This document shows positions 12,357-25,050 of a stretch of DNA of 64,000 bases, piece after piece. The position numbers and the translations under genes are program-made. Positions within the stretch are counted from its first letter, which is position 1, and each line of letters opens with the position of its first letter. The stretch comes from Octopus sinensis. Its lineage: Eukaryota. The notes under the pieces were generated by a model. That model was not told the DNA's origin. It made no database searches and saw only the letters and a program-made list of their open reading frames with translations. The stretch spans positions 57,858,464 through 57,922,463 of the forward strand of contig NC_043011.1 of NCBI RefSeq assembly GCF_006345805.1. Direction: 5' to 3'.

Positions 12357-13101
12357 TATTGTATTGAGTCAAAAGTTTTGCGATATTTTGCAAACGGATT
12401 TGCTTTACTGGTCGAGTTAAAACAAAAACAGCCAAGCATTAAGAGTAGAGGTCATCGTCTTGCACTGTCGGAAGCCAACTTTCTGTCAGTTGTTTGATCC
12501 CATACTGATACCAGAGGTTGTTCCTGGAGGCAGAGAACTTCCTCATCGAAGCTTGCACCTCCTCTTGATTGACGAAGCACGGTGAGTGTATGAAATGCGT
12601 TATGGAGCTGAACAAGTACAAATCAAGGAAGATATTTCTCTGCCATCTTAATGTGCATAAAGAGTGGCTAAGCAAGAACCAGCTTCCGGAACCTGTCACC
12701 AAACATAAGAATTGCAAACACAAGGTGTTGCTCTACATCCGTTGGAATTATGGGGGGATAATTCACTACGAGTTCGTTCCCAGCGGTTGAACTATTGATG
12801 CCGACCTGTTATCCAAACAGCTGGAGCGGATGTATGCTACTGAGCGGCAAAAATACCTGACATTCGTGAACAGAATCAAAAACTCTTCTACCGCGAGGTA
12901 ACGCAAGACCTCATACCGCTCGAAAGATCCGGAATAAACTCCAGAAACCTTAGGGAATCGAACTGATGCTACACAGTCCGGATTCAAAGATGATGCAACA
13001 CGATGGCCTTTACTTTGAATGCCAGGCTGTTTATCTTGTACATTGACGAACAAAGCAAATATGTCACCAAAATATTGCAAGACTTTTGGCTCAACACGAT
13101 A
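12357..13101. mobile_element. Rearranged non-autonomous mariner with two transposase 3' ends
   Basis: TA+TIR ttgtattgagtcaaaagttttgcgatatttt on the left and its reverse complement (5 mismatches)+TA on the right. Minus-strand C-terminus ...FVNQEEVQASMRKFSASRNNLWYQYGIKQLTESWLPTVQDDDLYS. Plus-strand catalytic part ...HKVLLYIRWNYGGIIHYEFVPSG.... Confidence 0.85.
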
Positions 13102-14043
13102 TTATCTTTATTCTGCAAAGCATTGTTGCAGCGTTTCAAGCTGTGCTCTTAATGAAAATAACGAAATGAAACAATTCACCAGCGATAGTTGCAGCTTAGC
13201 CTTCAAATTTAATTTCTGTCAAAATTTAATTTGACAGCTGCATTTAATTGTTGTCATATTAAATGCAGCAATTAAATGACTGCGTGGAATCACTGCATTC
13301 AACTTAGCAGCAATTAAATACTGTCAAATGTTGTTAAAACATTAGCTGTCAAATGCTGTTAAAATATTTACAACCAAACATTTTAACAGCAATTGCTGCA
13401 ATTAAGATTTCACGCTAATTATCACAGTGACAGTTCAGAATGGTTTTTCTTCTTCATATGTTAATTATAGTTGGTGGTTCAGGAGTTAACCAGAGAGCCT
13501 CTTGGTGGTTGCTCGATTCATTAGATATGGTAGCCAAATCTTACACACCACCTTAATCCAAAATACGACTTTGTAGTCCCACATACCTTACAAAAAAACT
13601 GGGTATTCACTCCTTGGACGCCATTGATAAAATCATATACTACTTCACTCAAAGCGAACCTTTTTCTAGGTTCGAAACAAAACCAAACTCAACGATAGGA
13701 ACTTGAATTCTTTGCCCTGCAATTGCTTAGGTAGCGATAGCTTGAAACGTTAAATGCCAATCATTCCACCCTGAAGACGGAGGCCGGATTTACCTAAGAC
13801 TTTTATGCATCCACTACTGGTGGCATATTCTTGATGTTTTACGAACCGCACCTGCAAAAATTATTACATAGTTTCGAGCCTCCCCACAAAAAAAGAACAG
13901 GTGTCGAAGCGGAAATTCCTTACCTTCTCCCCTTAGTTTTCTGCGTCTTTCTACTCTGTGTAAATTTGCTCAATTAATATATAAATATCTTTATATTTAT
14001 TCATGAATGTTCATAGTCTGAATATCTTCAGTCTCTCTACTTA

Positions 14044-15020
14044 CATGTATGTATGTATGTATGTATGTATGTATGTATGTATGTATGTATGTATGTATGT
14101 ATGTATGTATGTATGTATGTATGTATGTATGTGTGTATGTATGTATGTATGTATGTATGTATGTATGTATGTATGTATGTGTGTATGTATGTATGTATGT
14201 ATGTATGTACGTATGTACGTATGTATGTATGTATGTGTGTATGTATGTTGTATGTATGTATGTGTGTATGTATGTATGTATGTAGTATGTATGTATGTAT
14301 ATGTATGTATGTATGATGTATGTATGTATGTATGTATGTATGTATGCATGTATGTATGTATGTATGTATGTGTTGTGTATGTATGTATGTATGTATGTAT
14401 GTATGTATGTATGTATGTATGTATGATGTATGTGTGTATGTATGTAGGTATGTATGTATGTATGTATGTGTGGTGTATGTAGTATGTATGTATGTATGTG
14501 TGTATGTATGTATGTATGTATGTATGTATGTGTGTGTATGTATGTATGTATGTAGTATGTATGTATGTATGTATGTGTGTGTATGTGTATGTATGTATGT
14601 ATGTGTGTGTATGTATGTATGTATGTATGTATGTATGTGTGTGTATGTATGTATGTAGGTATGTATGTAGTATGTGTGTGTATGTATGTATGTATGTGTT
14701 GTATGTATGTATGTATGTATGTGTGTGTATGTATGTATGTATGTATGTATGTATGTATGTGGTGTATGTATGTATGTATGTATGTATGTGTGTGTATGTA
14801 TGTATGTATGTGTGTGTATGTATGTATGTATGTATGTGTGTGTATGTATGTATGTATGTATGTATGTATGTGTGTGTGTGTATGTATGTATGTATGTATG
14901 TATGTATGTATGTATGTATGTATGTATGTATGTATGTATGTGTGTGTATGTATGTATGTATGTATGTATGTATGTATGTATGTGTGTATGTGTATGTATG
15001 TATGTATGTATGTATGTATG
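14044..15020. repeat. ~1-kb (TATG)n/(TG)n compound microsatellite
   Basis: Direct reading; explains the 150-334 aa YVCM/HTYI ORFs. Confidence 0.98.
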
Positions 15021-15186
15021 TCTTATATATCTGGCCCACATGCTTTCATTTATTTATTTGCATCATTACCTCTCTCCCCTCTTTCTTCCTCCCCTCTCTC
15101 TCCCTCTCCCCCTCTCTCTATATTGTTAAATACACACACATATAGAGAGAAATTATGATGCAAATAAACAGAATTATGCTTCACAC

Positions 15187-15241
<55 letters not shown>

Positions 15242-15396
15242 ACATAAGCAGTGCGTTGCGTTACAGAAATATTCCAAGGATTTTAAAAAAAAACATAACC
15301 GGAAAATTTGACAAAAGCAAAACGCAATGTTTTCCCTTTGACCACCGACTTGATCAGTGATGTTTCTTTGTGCTCAGCCACAGTCTCCCTTCAGGG

Positions 15397-15691
15397 TTTG
15401 TGTACTTCTTCCTTCGTTCTGCCCTTCTTGTGTCTCCAGTCCTTTAGGGCTTTTCTATTTCCTTTTGTATCACCCACATTCGTCTGTTTGATAACTGTTC
15501 GTTTTTTTTTTGTCGTATTTGTATAAGTACTATAATTATTTTACTTTTTCTTGTTTGTTTTCATCCTTGTCCTGTACGCTCCTTAGCTATTATCAGTATC
15601 TTTTTTGGCACTGGCGACTCCATTGAAGGAATAATCTCCACGATAACGGCACGAGACTATTATGATCGTTTGGACGTCGACTGATTAGGAA
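15397..15691. repeat. Dispersed ~295-bp repeat, copy 1 (copy 2 at 21063-21352)
   Basis: Highly similar from tttgtgtacttcttccttcg to gtcgactgattaggaa. Class unknown. Confidence 0.9.
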
Positions 15692-15864
15692 TTAGCTACG
15701 AATTTGTTGTGATTTATCTTATCATATTTTCCATGGATTTGTGAAAATTTTCGGTTTTATTAAAAAGATCCTAGATATATATACACAGACTTATATACTA
15801 CATATACTGAGGAAGATAAGAAGCAAGTAAAGAATATTAAGAAACAGTATATATACCGAGAAGT

Positions 15865-15917
<53 letters not shown>

Positions 15918-16781
15918 ATTCCACCCTTTGAGAACGATATATAAAGGATTAATAATGAGGTTGGAAGCATCTCCAACGCACTTCAAGTAATAAGTTGATG
16001 TATTTTCAGTGCAGATGGTGTTTTACACACATACACACACACGCACGCATACACACTCACACATACATATGCGCATGCGTGTGTGTGCATTCAGCTATTC
16101 GGCAACAGTCAGCGACAGAGTCAGTACCACACTGAAAAAAGCAAAAACACTTCAATGAAGTCTCTTTAGACCGAGCCCCAGCATGGCCGCACTCCAATAA
16201 TTGAAACACGTAAAAGCTTTAATAGCATCTTTTGGATTGCATGATAAAACATTCAAATTAGTATCTTAGAATATTTACCATGAATACACGTTTACAGCAA
16301 TTAATTTAGGAAACTCGTTAAAGTGTTTGCGAATTAATTCGAACAGAAACAAGGATTGCTAAACGCTTTCTTGTCAATTCGGTTTGAATATCAGGCATCA
16401 TTCGTTACATCCGTTCTCGCAGAGTTTTGTACATTTTAAAGTAAAACTGAAACTATTTATAGCACAATAAATATTTTATAGAATTGGATTCTCTGCGAAC
16501 GAGGATTTGCTTTTTGAGTTGGCTTAGTTTTGTTATGTATACACACACACACATACACACACGCACACACACACACACACACACATATATATGTATATAT
16601 ATATATGTGTATATATACATGTGTGTGTTTGTGTGTGTGCGTGTTTGTGTCTGTGTATGCATGTATATATATATATATGCATATATGGATCTATATATAT
16701 GTATATATACATATATATATATACATATATATGTATATATATCTATATTTATATGTATATATACATATATATGTATGTATA

Positions 16782-16853
<72 letters not shown>

Positions 16854-18288
16854 TGTGTGTGATTATGAGTGTGTGTGTGTTTTCTATTTCAACAATATGG
16901 TATTGTATTAACACATTCTGTCAATAAGGAATTGTTACAGAAATTGGCAGTTTGGTATTTTATAGACGATTTAGCAAAGTAGCTGCCGCGGCCATATTGG
17001 TTTTATCGATAGATTTAGCTAGAAACTTCTCTACCACTTTATCCCCCATTAAATCAACTCCACAACACTGAAGCAAACAAATAAAATTATTATTCAAAGT
17101 GTTTCTAGACATTTTTTCAATAAAATATTCTAAGAACAACACTGTTTGTCACACGACTATTTTCGAACGAGGATTTTAAAGAATGTTTGTTTTCATGAAA
17201 TCAAACACAAGAGAGCGGATTTGAAATCTCCTAAACGAAAATTTCAAGCAAAATATCAAACGAAATGTTCGCGTCCCTGCCTATGTGGAACACGGATAAA
17301 ACATGGAGAAGTCGTTCCGGTTCACTTCGCATATCCCACTCGCACACATTATTGTTTTAATGTCCATTTCTTCATTTCTCAATGGAAGCATGATTCGGAT
17401 TACTATCTAATGCCGCGTCTCACAATGCGATTCAGTTCTACATCACATACCAAGTGCATCGTAAACCTGATATAATTGTATTGAAAAAAAAAATTCAATT
17501 AAATAAAGGTTTCTGATAAGTAGGTTTTCCACAATATTCGTCTTCACTTTTTCCATTTTTACCCAGATTTTTTTTATTGGTTATGATCTAATAAATAACT
17601 CCCTGCGAGGCGCCATGGAATCTCTTAAAACTAGCGATAGATTTTTCTGCCTTTCTCATGTTCTTCGCTATGTGATTAGATCTGCAATACAGACAAGAAG
17701 ATCGAACGAGCAAATCGTCGATTCAGAACTTTTTCTAAGAGATTACCAATCCAAAACATAACAATCTGATGTCGGCATCAGATTGTTAACTACATTTCAA
17801 TCTATTTAACTCGCAATTTTGACACCTTTCGAAATGTTCTTTATCAAACCTGAGAATTGTAACATGTTTTACATAACCAGCACCGTTTAATCCTTTACAT
17901 GTTCGCATTAGAAAGCACTTGACAGTGGCACCTTCGACTGCTGAAGGGTATCTTAGCAGCAGAATACTGAAAGTAACACATTCTGCCGAAGTTCTTGATA
18001 GCCTCGTCGATAACTTCCATATCAAAGACGTAATACACATTACGAGTCTCTTTAATCATCAATTAACAAACAACATGAGAATTTTGTCTTTTAGTATTTC
18101 AAAAGTGCATGATTTAAATAACGCTGCTATAGATCTTTTGTATATGATATCTTTCTGCAAATGCCTTGCCAATATTGATGTTAACGAGTTTAATGCTTGA
18201 TGTTAATACTTTGGTTTTAGTTTTACATGCTGCGATATTGAGTAAAGTTATGTTATCCAAGTGTACATAGTTAAACATGTTTAACATG

Positions 18289-18360
<72 letters not shown>

Positions 18361-18387
18361 CCTACCTACCTACCTACCTATCTATCC

Positions 18388-18476
<89 letters not shown>

Positions 18477-18914
18477 AGTATGTATGTATAGATAGATGGA
18501 TCTCAGTGTATGGGTGGGTATTTCAAACTTGTTTCGCAAATAATCCTTGCTACAATTGCAATATTTGAAAAAATCATTTTATTTAATTAAAATTTTATTA
18601 ATTACGTATTAAAAGCAGTGTAAAATATACCTGATGGAAGGATTTTTTTCTATAAATACATTCGGCTATTTTCGCCTTTGTATGTGTGTTCGAAGAACTG
18701 AAAACAGCGAAGGTCATCTACACAGAAACTTCTATCAACCAGGACCGTGTTAATCTGCCTTTCATATTACAGTTTTTTTTATATGTTTAAATTTTTTTTA
18801 TATATCTACAAATTTTACAGTCTTTTTTTTATATAATCTATAAATATTAATTTAAAGAGTCTTCGCGTGTGTCTCTATGTAAATTTGTATACCTACGCAT
18901 GTATACATACACAA

Positions 18915-19195
18915 GTACACACACGCGCACACTCACACATATATATTTATATATACACACACGCGCACACTCACACATATATATTTATATATACACACAC
19001 GCGCACACTCACACATATATATTTATATATACACACACGCGCACACTCACACATATATATTTATATATACACACACGCGCACACTCACACTATATATTAT
19101 ATATACACACACGCGCACACTCACACATATATATTTATATATACACACACGCGCACACTCACACATATATATTTATATATACACACACGCTCACA
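18915..19195. repeat. 38-bp minisatellite (~7 copies)
   Basis: Unit approx. cgcgcacactcacacatatatatttatatatacacaca at 18924, 18962, 19000, 19038 and onward. Confidence 0.9.
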
Positions 19196-19892
19196 CACAC
19201 ACACACACATGTATATATATATATATATATATGTAAAAACAAACACTATAATCAGGTGCTTTGATAGATGAACATGTATTTTTGTAACCACGTGACTTCT
19301 ATAGGGTTACAGCCGATGTACAACCTTCTTCATGTGGTATTAATTAGAACATGCAAGCAATTATTTGCACTTGTTTATGTTAATACGTCTGCTGTGTATA
19401 ATACAATTGTATATTCACAAATTAATTCAAATAAAGGAAGCTAGTTCATCAAATCAACGGCACATCATGGTTAGATCAACAGATGAACTCTGAATATACA
19501 CACAGGATTCACTCTTTGTACTGAACACCCAACATATGGAAGGCCTGAAATGGAAAAACTACGTTGACTTGGTCATTAAAAGCTGCGCATCGTAGTCAAG
19601 ATATATTGTGTTGTTAACTTTATAGAATAAATAGTCTCCACATATAATCATTCTCATCAATCAAGTTAAAGTGTTAGAAAGATAATGAGGAATGAACTGG
19701 GATTCATTTAAAGAATATAAGAAGAAAAAAAGAAAAAGTGTAGGAGATAAAGACGAATAATATATAAAAAAGTAGGTAGTATAAAATAATTTTTTTTATT
19801 AAGGTGATTGTATGTGTGGACAAGTGGGGCACAAAACAGTTGAGGGAAAGACAGTGGGGTCAAAATAATACTAAAGCACTGTTCAAAAACAA

Positions 19893-20850
19893 CATACATA
19901 CATACATGCATACATACATACATACATGCATGCATACATACATACATGCATACATGCATACATACATACATACATATATACATACATACATGCATACATA
20001 CATACATATATACATACATACATACATATGTACATACATACATACATACATACATACATACATGCATACATACATACATACATGCATATGTACATGCATG
20101 CATACATACATACATACATAATGCATACATACATGCATATGTACATACATACATACATACATGCATACATACATACATATATACATACATACATGCATAC
20201 ATACATACATATATACATACATATACATATATACATACATACATACATGCATACATACATACATGTATACATACATGCATACATACATGCATACATACAT
20301 ATATACATACATACATGCATACATACATACATGCATACATGCATACATACATACATACATGCATACATGCATACGTACATACATACATGCATACATACAT
20401 ACATGCATACATACATGCATATGTACATACATACATACATACATACATGCATACATACATACATACATGCATGTGTACATACATACATACATACATACAT
20501 ATGTGCATGCATACATACATACATACATACATACATGCATACATACATACATACATACATACATGCATACATACATGCATCTGTACATACATACATGCAT
20601 ACATACATGCATATGTACATACATACATACATACATACATACATGCATACATACATACATACATGCATGTGTACATACATACATACATGCATGCATGCAT
20701 ACATACATGCATACATACATGCATAAATACATACATGCCTAAATACATACATACATACCTAAATACATACATACATGCATAAATACATACATACATGCAT
20801 ACATACATACATGCATATATACATGCATACATACATACATGCATACACAC
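19893..20850. repeat. ~960-bp (CATA/CATG)n microsatellite
   Basis: Direct reading. Confidence 0.98.
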
Positions 20851-21062
20851 ACACACGTATATGCTGAAACATCACCACTTCACATGAATTACAAGTTAAT
20901 GATCAAACGTATTCCTCGAAATGATTCTGTAACAAGAGTCAGGCTGTTGATATGCTGGAGTGCTTTTTGACATCAGGTGTGGATAAATATATAAAGGGCC
21001 CAGTAACTAGAACTGACAGGGGAAGATTGAGGACTGATCACTGTGTACCAAAATTACCAAAA

Positions 21063-21352
21063 TTTGTGTACTTCTTCCTTCGTTCTGCCCTTCTTGTGTC
21101 TCCAGTCCTTTAGGGCTTTTCCTTTCCTTTTGTATCACCCACATTCGTCTGTTTGATAACTGTTCGTCTTTTTTTGTCGTATTTGTCGTACTATAATTAT
21201 TTTACTTTCTCTTGTTTGTTTTCATCCTTATCCTGTACGTTCCTTAGCTATTATCAGTATCTTTTTTGGCACTGGCGACTCCATTGAAGGAATAGTCTCC
21301 ACGATAACGGCACGACACTATTATGATCTTTTGGACGTCGACTGATTAGGAA
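21063..21352. repeat. Dispersed ~290-bp repeat, copy 2
   Basis: Highly similar to 15397-15691. Confidence 0.9.
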
Positions 21353-22129
21353 ATAGGAATTTTATTACCAAAATTTCTCCCCTAATTTGCTTTGATCTTA
21401 AGCATTTTCAGCACTCTCATATGTAAAATGGACCGATTTCAATAACTTTATTTTATACACAACCCTCAAATTTTGTTTGAAATGAAGAGGAAAAAAAAAC
21501 ATTATATACAACTTTTTAACAATATCTTATTCTTGTTTGTGGTTGTACAACTTTTTCTACTGAATGAGACGCTTCATGTCTTAGTATAAGTCAAACCTAT
21601 ATTGTATCCAACTTGCGTTGATCCAACACCAACTTCGTTAAATATAAATATTTTCGTAACTTTCATAATTCGATCAATTACACTAAGACCCTTGCGAATT
21701 CTTCTATGAAATACATCCACTACTAAGGGAGATAATACCGAGAATTTTTTCACAAAATTTCATTATCTTATTGTTTGTATAGCAAGATACCTATTTCTCC
21801 TACAGCACTCAACATGTCAGAAATATTCCTAAAGATTATCGGAATCTTCCAAGGCATTTGGAGGTTAATTATGTTACTAACAGCTCATTAACTTCATAAC
21901 GTTACATCCACATAAAAAATAAAGTATGTATCATTCACCTGGAGCGCAATGCAGTATTTATAGATGAAATGTAAGTTCTAAATTCAAGAATTTGATATAT
22001 TTCGTGTTGAAAAGAAAAGAAGAAATGAAATTTTTTATAAATCATTTTTGTATAAATTCTTTGAGGACACAAACATCTAGGTTTTCTCCTAGTAATCAAG
22101 TTTTCCATTTTCTCAAAGGAAATCTATAT

Positions 22130-22148
22130 TATTGTTATTATTATTATA

Positions 22149-22219
<71 letters not shown>

Positions 22220-22277
22220 CATCATCATTATTATTATTATTATTATTATAATTATTATTGTTATTATTATTATTATA

Positions 22278-22350
<73 letters not shown>
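22130..22350. repeat. (TTA)n tract forming the tail/target of the adjacent R4/Dong-like element
   Basis: Direct reading; abuts the element's 3' UTR. Confidence 0.95.
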
Positions 22351-22351
<1 letters not shown>

Positions 22352-22996
22352 TAGTTTTATTTTTATAGCGTGCTTTCACTTCACTACCGAGCGCAGCTCT
22401 GTGTGCCTTGGGTATGTGTTGTGATTTGTTGTGATGCTCTGATGGTTATTGTATGGAAAGTGTTCTGCGTAGGATGTGTGCAGTGCCTAGTAGTGCAATT
22501 TTCTGTATGTTATATGTGTTTATAAGTCCTGGTGTTTTTGTTATGTATTTGTCTGAATATTTTTTTATCATGCCTAATGCACCTACTATGATAGGAATTG
22601 TTTCTGTTTTTAGATTCCACATTCTGGTTACCTCCATTTCCAGGTCTTTGTATTTTGAAAGTTTCTCCATTTCTTTTAGAGACACGTTGTCATCTGCCGG
22701 TATTGATACATCAATTAGAAAGCAGAGTAGGCTGTTGATGAGCGGAATCCATGTGTGCCTTCAAGTCCATCCTTGGTAAATCCTGTAGTAGGCCTTGTCT
22801 GCGTTTTACCAAATATTCTGCCATGTTTCTCATTTCGTTGTTGATGCAGGTCCGTACGCCAATCAGCCACGTCCATCCATCCTCTCCATTTCAGGATCTG
22901 TTTTTGTGAACAGTTTTAAATCATTCATGAAGAGAAAGTGGTTGAGACGAGGTCCATTCTTTCTCAGCCCATAGTGCGCGTTGACTTTGCGTAGAA

Positions 22997-22997
<1 letters not shown>
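22352..22997 (-). mobile_element. R4/Dong-like non-LTR retrotransposon, internally deleted 3' fragment
   Basis: RT domain-5-like NHFLFMNDLKLFTK (~22870-22997), then the restriction-like endonuclease region LIDVSIPADDNVSLKEMEKLSKYKDLEMEVTRMWNLKTETIPIIVGALG...TAHILRRTLSIQ*, a 3' UTR and an (AAT)n tail. Confidence 0.88.
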
Positions 22998-23033
<36 letters not shown>

Positions 23034-23090
23034 GTTATTGTTGTTGTTGTTGTTGTTATTATTACTATTCCTATTCTTCTTCTTCTTCTT

Positions 23091-23121
<31 letters not shown>

Positions 23122-23135
23122 TTATTATTATTATA

Positions 23136-23168
<33 letters not shown>

Positions 23169-23707
23169 GAGTGAGAGAGCAGTGCATGCCATCAAAGTGA
23201 CACTGAGGTAAAATATACGAAGCCCAGTATACCCACCATGACTACCCATCTGATAAGGGTACACCAGGCACATGCATCACAACCATATGTGCGCGACATG
23301 GTGTTCTCATATCAAGATAAAAAGCGCATGACTTTGCAGGTGGGGCCCAGTTAGAATTTTCTTCTGGTCGAGTAACCCATCCCGCTCAAAAGGTCCCTGA
23401 ATAAGGGTTGTTTAAGGATGTTGAACGAAAGGCGAATTATCGAAACCTCCAAGAATTCCTTTCAACACACAGCTATGATGCTCCCCCCACTACTTCTGCT
23501 CATGATCAGAGATGCACATATCGTCAGCCACTAAGGGACATGCTCAACTGGTTAAGGTCAAACAACTGACAAGCAAATCTAGGGTATTGAGCAGAATATT
23601 TGCTGTAGTCCATCTTTTATACCAAGACAAAACAATGTACATGATACCACTTCCAATCAGTTAAGATCAGAAGTCATGAGAGCCACTGCTTAGTACCGCA
23701 TCAGGGC

Positions 23708-23711
<4 letters not shown>
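23169..23711 (-). mobile_element. ~540-bp non-coding retroelement embedded in (TAA)n
   Basis: Flanked on both sides by (TTA)n with no ORF. Its 3' ~145 bp (23169-23315) match 23799-23944. Confidence 0.7.
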
Positions 23712-23777
<66 letters not shown>

Positions 23778-23798
23778 GTTATTATTATTGTTATTATT

Positions 23799-24810
23799 GA
23801 GTGAAACACAAGTGAATGCCATCAAAATTACACTGGGGTAAAATATACGAAGCCCAGTACACCATCATGATCATCCGTCTGATAATGGTACATCAGGCAC
23901 ATGCATTACTACCATACCTGCGCGACATGGTGTTCTCATATCAACGAGTCCCCTGGAAAATTCCCCTTTTGATATTAACTTTCCATAAGAGTGTGTCACC
24001 TGAGTAGAGATCTACTTTCCATTTCTTCACGCTAAAACCAATTAATTCTCTAATATTGTCTGCTATACTGAATATACTCAGACATTCACTGATCCATGAG
24101 TGTGGGATCATGTCATAAGCTTTCCTATAATCTATCCATGCTATTGTTAGATTTTCCTTTCTAGCTTTTACTTCATTTAGAACTGCTTTGTCTATATATA
24201 ACAGATCATGCGTTCCCCCAGCCTTCTTCTAGAAACCTTTCTGTTCTTCTGGTAGCAAATTCTCGCTGTTACGATACCCGTAAATGCTTTCTCTTTCACT
24301 AAGTATCTTTTGTCAGTGGAAGATTTGCATCTTGTGTTTCCTAGTTTGTTCAGTTTCCAGGTTTCTATTCTACTCAGATCTTGTCTTAAAGTCTTCACAT
24401 TATTTTGTAGTCACCTTTTCCACATTTGCTCTTTTAAAATCTTTCCCTGCAAGATATCTTTTGGTGACTACTACCCCTCCTTTATAAATCAGTAAATCAG
24501 TGTCTCCACTGGGTTAATATCTCTCCTACTGATAACAGAATCCACTTTTCTAGTCAGTTCTATCAGCTTCCTTCTGTCGATATCTTTTAATGCTGGCAAT
24601 CTTTTTCTTACTTATTTACTCATTACTTCCTACAACTCATCTAAAATCTTCTGATCTTCCTCACTTAAACCACTTAAGTCGTTGGGGCCAGTTGCCCCTT
24701 TCTTATTGGCAGCGATATTACTATTTTTTTGTTCCTTTAGATTCTTCTTTGGTTCGAGTTGTACCTCTTATGTTGTTGTTTGTCTTGAGAGACTATGAAA
24801 AGAAATGTTG
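23799..24810 (-). mobile_element. R4/Dong-like RT relic fused to the 3' end of the short element
   Basis: Minus frame ...NLLPEEQK...THDLLYIDKAVLNEVKARKENLTIAWIDYRKAYDMIPHSWISECL...VNIKRGIFQG (RT domains 2-4). N-terminal region at 24290-24810 (...VKTLRQDLSRIETW...). Confidence 0.88.
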
Positions 24811-24844
24811 TTAACAGGTGACCAATGTGTCTGAACTTTAGAGG

Positions 24845-25050
24845 AATGGTTTGCCAAATGCTGAGGCAGCAGGCGACGTTTGGTCAGAAATCTGGAGGAA
24901 AATGTTTCAGCATAATATAAAAACGGACTGTTTATGGACATTGAAGAGTGAAATAGAAAATAAGATCACGTGAATAAAATGTTTATTACAGGTGCGAAAG
25001 TGAACGAGATGCCGAAGAAAAATAACGAATTTGAAAGCCCCTGGAGTTGT
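24845..25050 (+). mobile_element. R4/Dong-like pre-RT fragment in opposite orientation
   Basis: LPNAEAAGDVWSEIWRK...HN...WTLKSEI... followed by tgaaagcccctgga (a decayed WKAPG motif). Confidence 0.65.

Noticed and set aside
17881-18200. Plus-strand 3'-terminal exon (or overlapping minus-strand frames)
   Set aside because: Plausible-looking frames occur on both strands with no recognisable motif, so it cannot be told from chance.
14003-20856. Long ORFs of 150-382 aa (YVCM, HTYI types), and similar ORFs across the window
   Set aside because: They are translations of stop-free (TATG)n, (CATA)n, (TA)n and (CA)n microsatellites in several frames at once.
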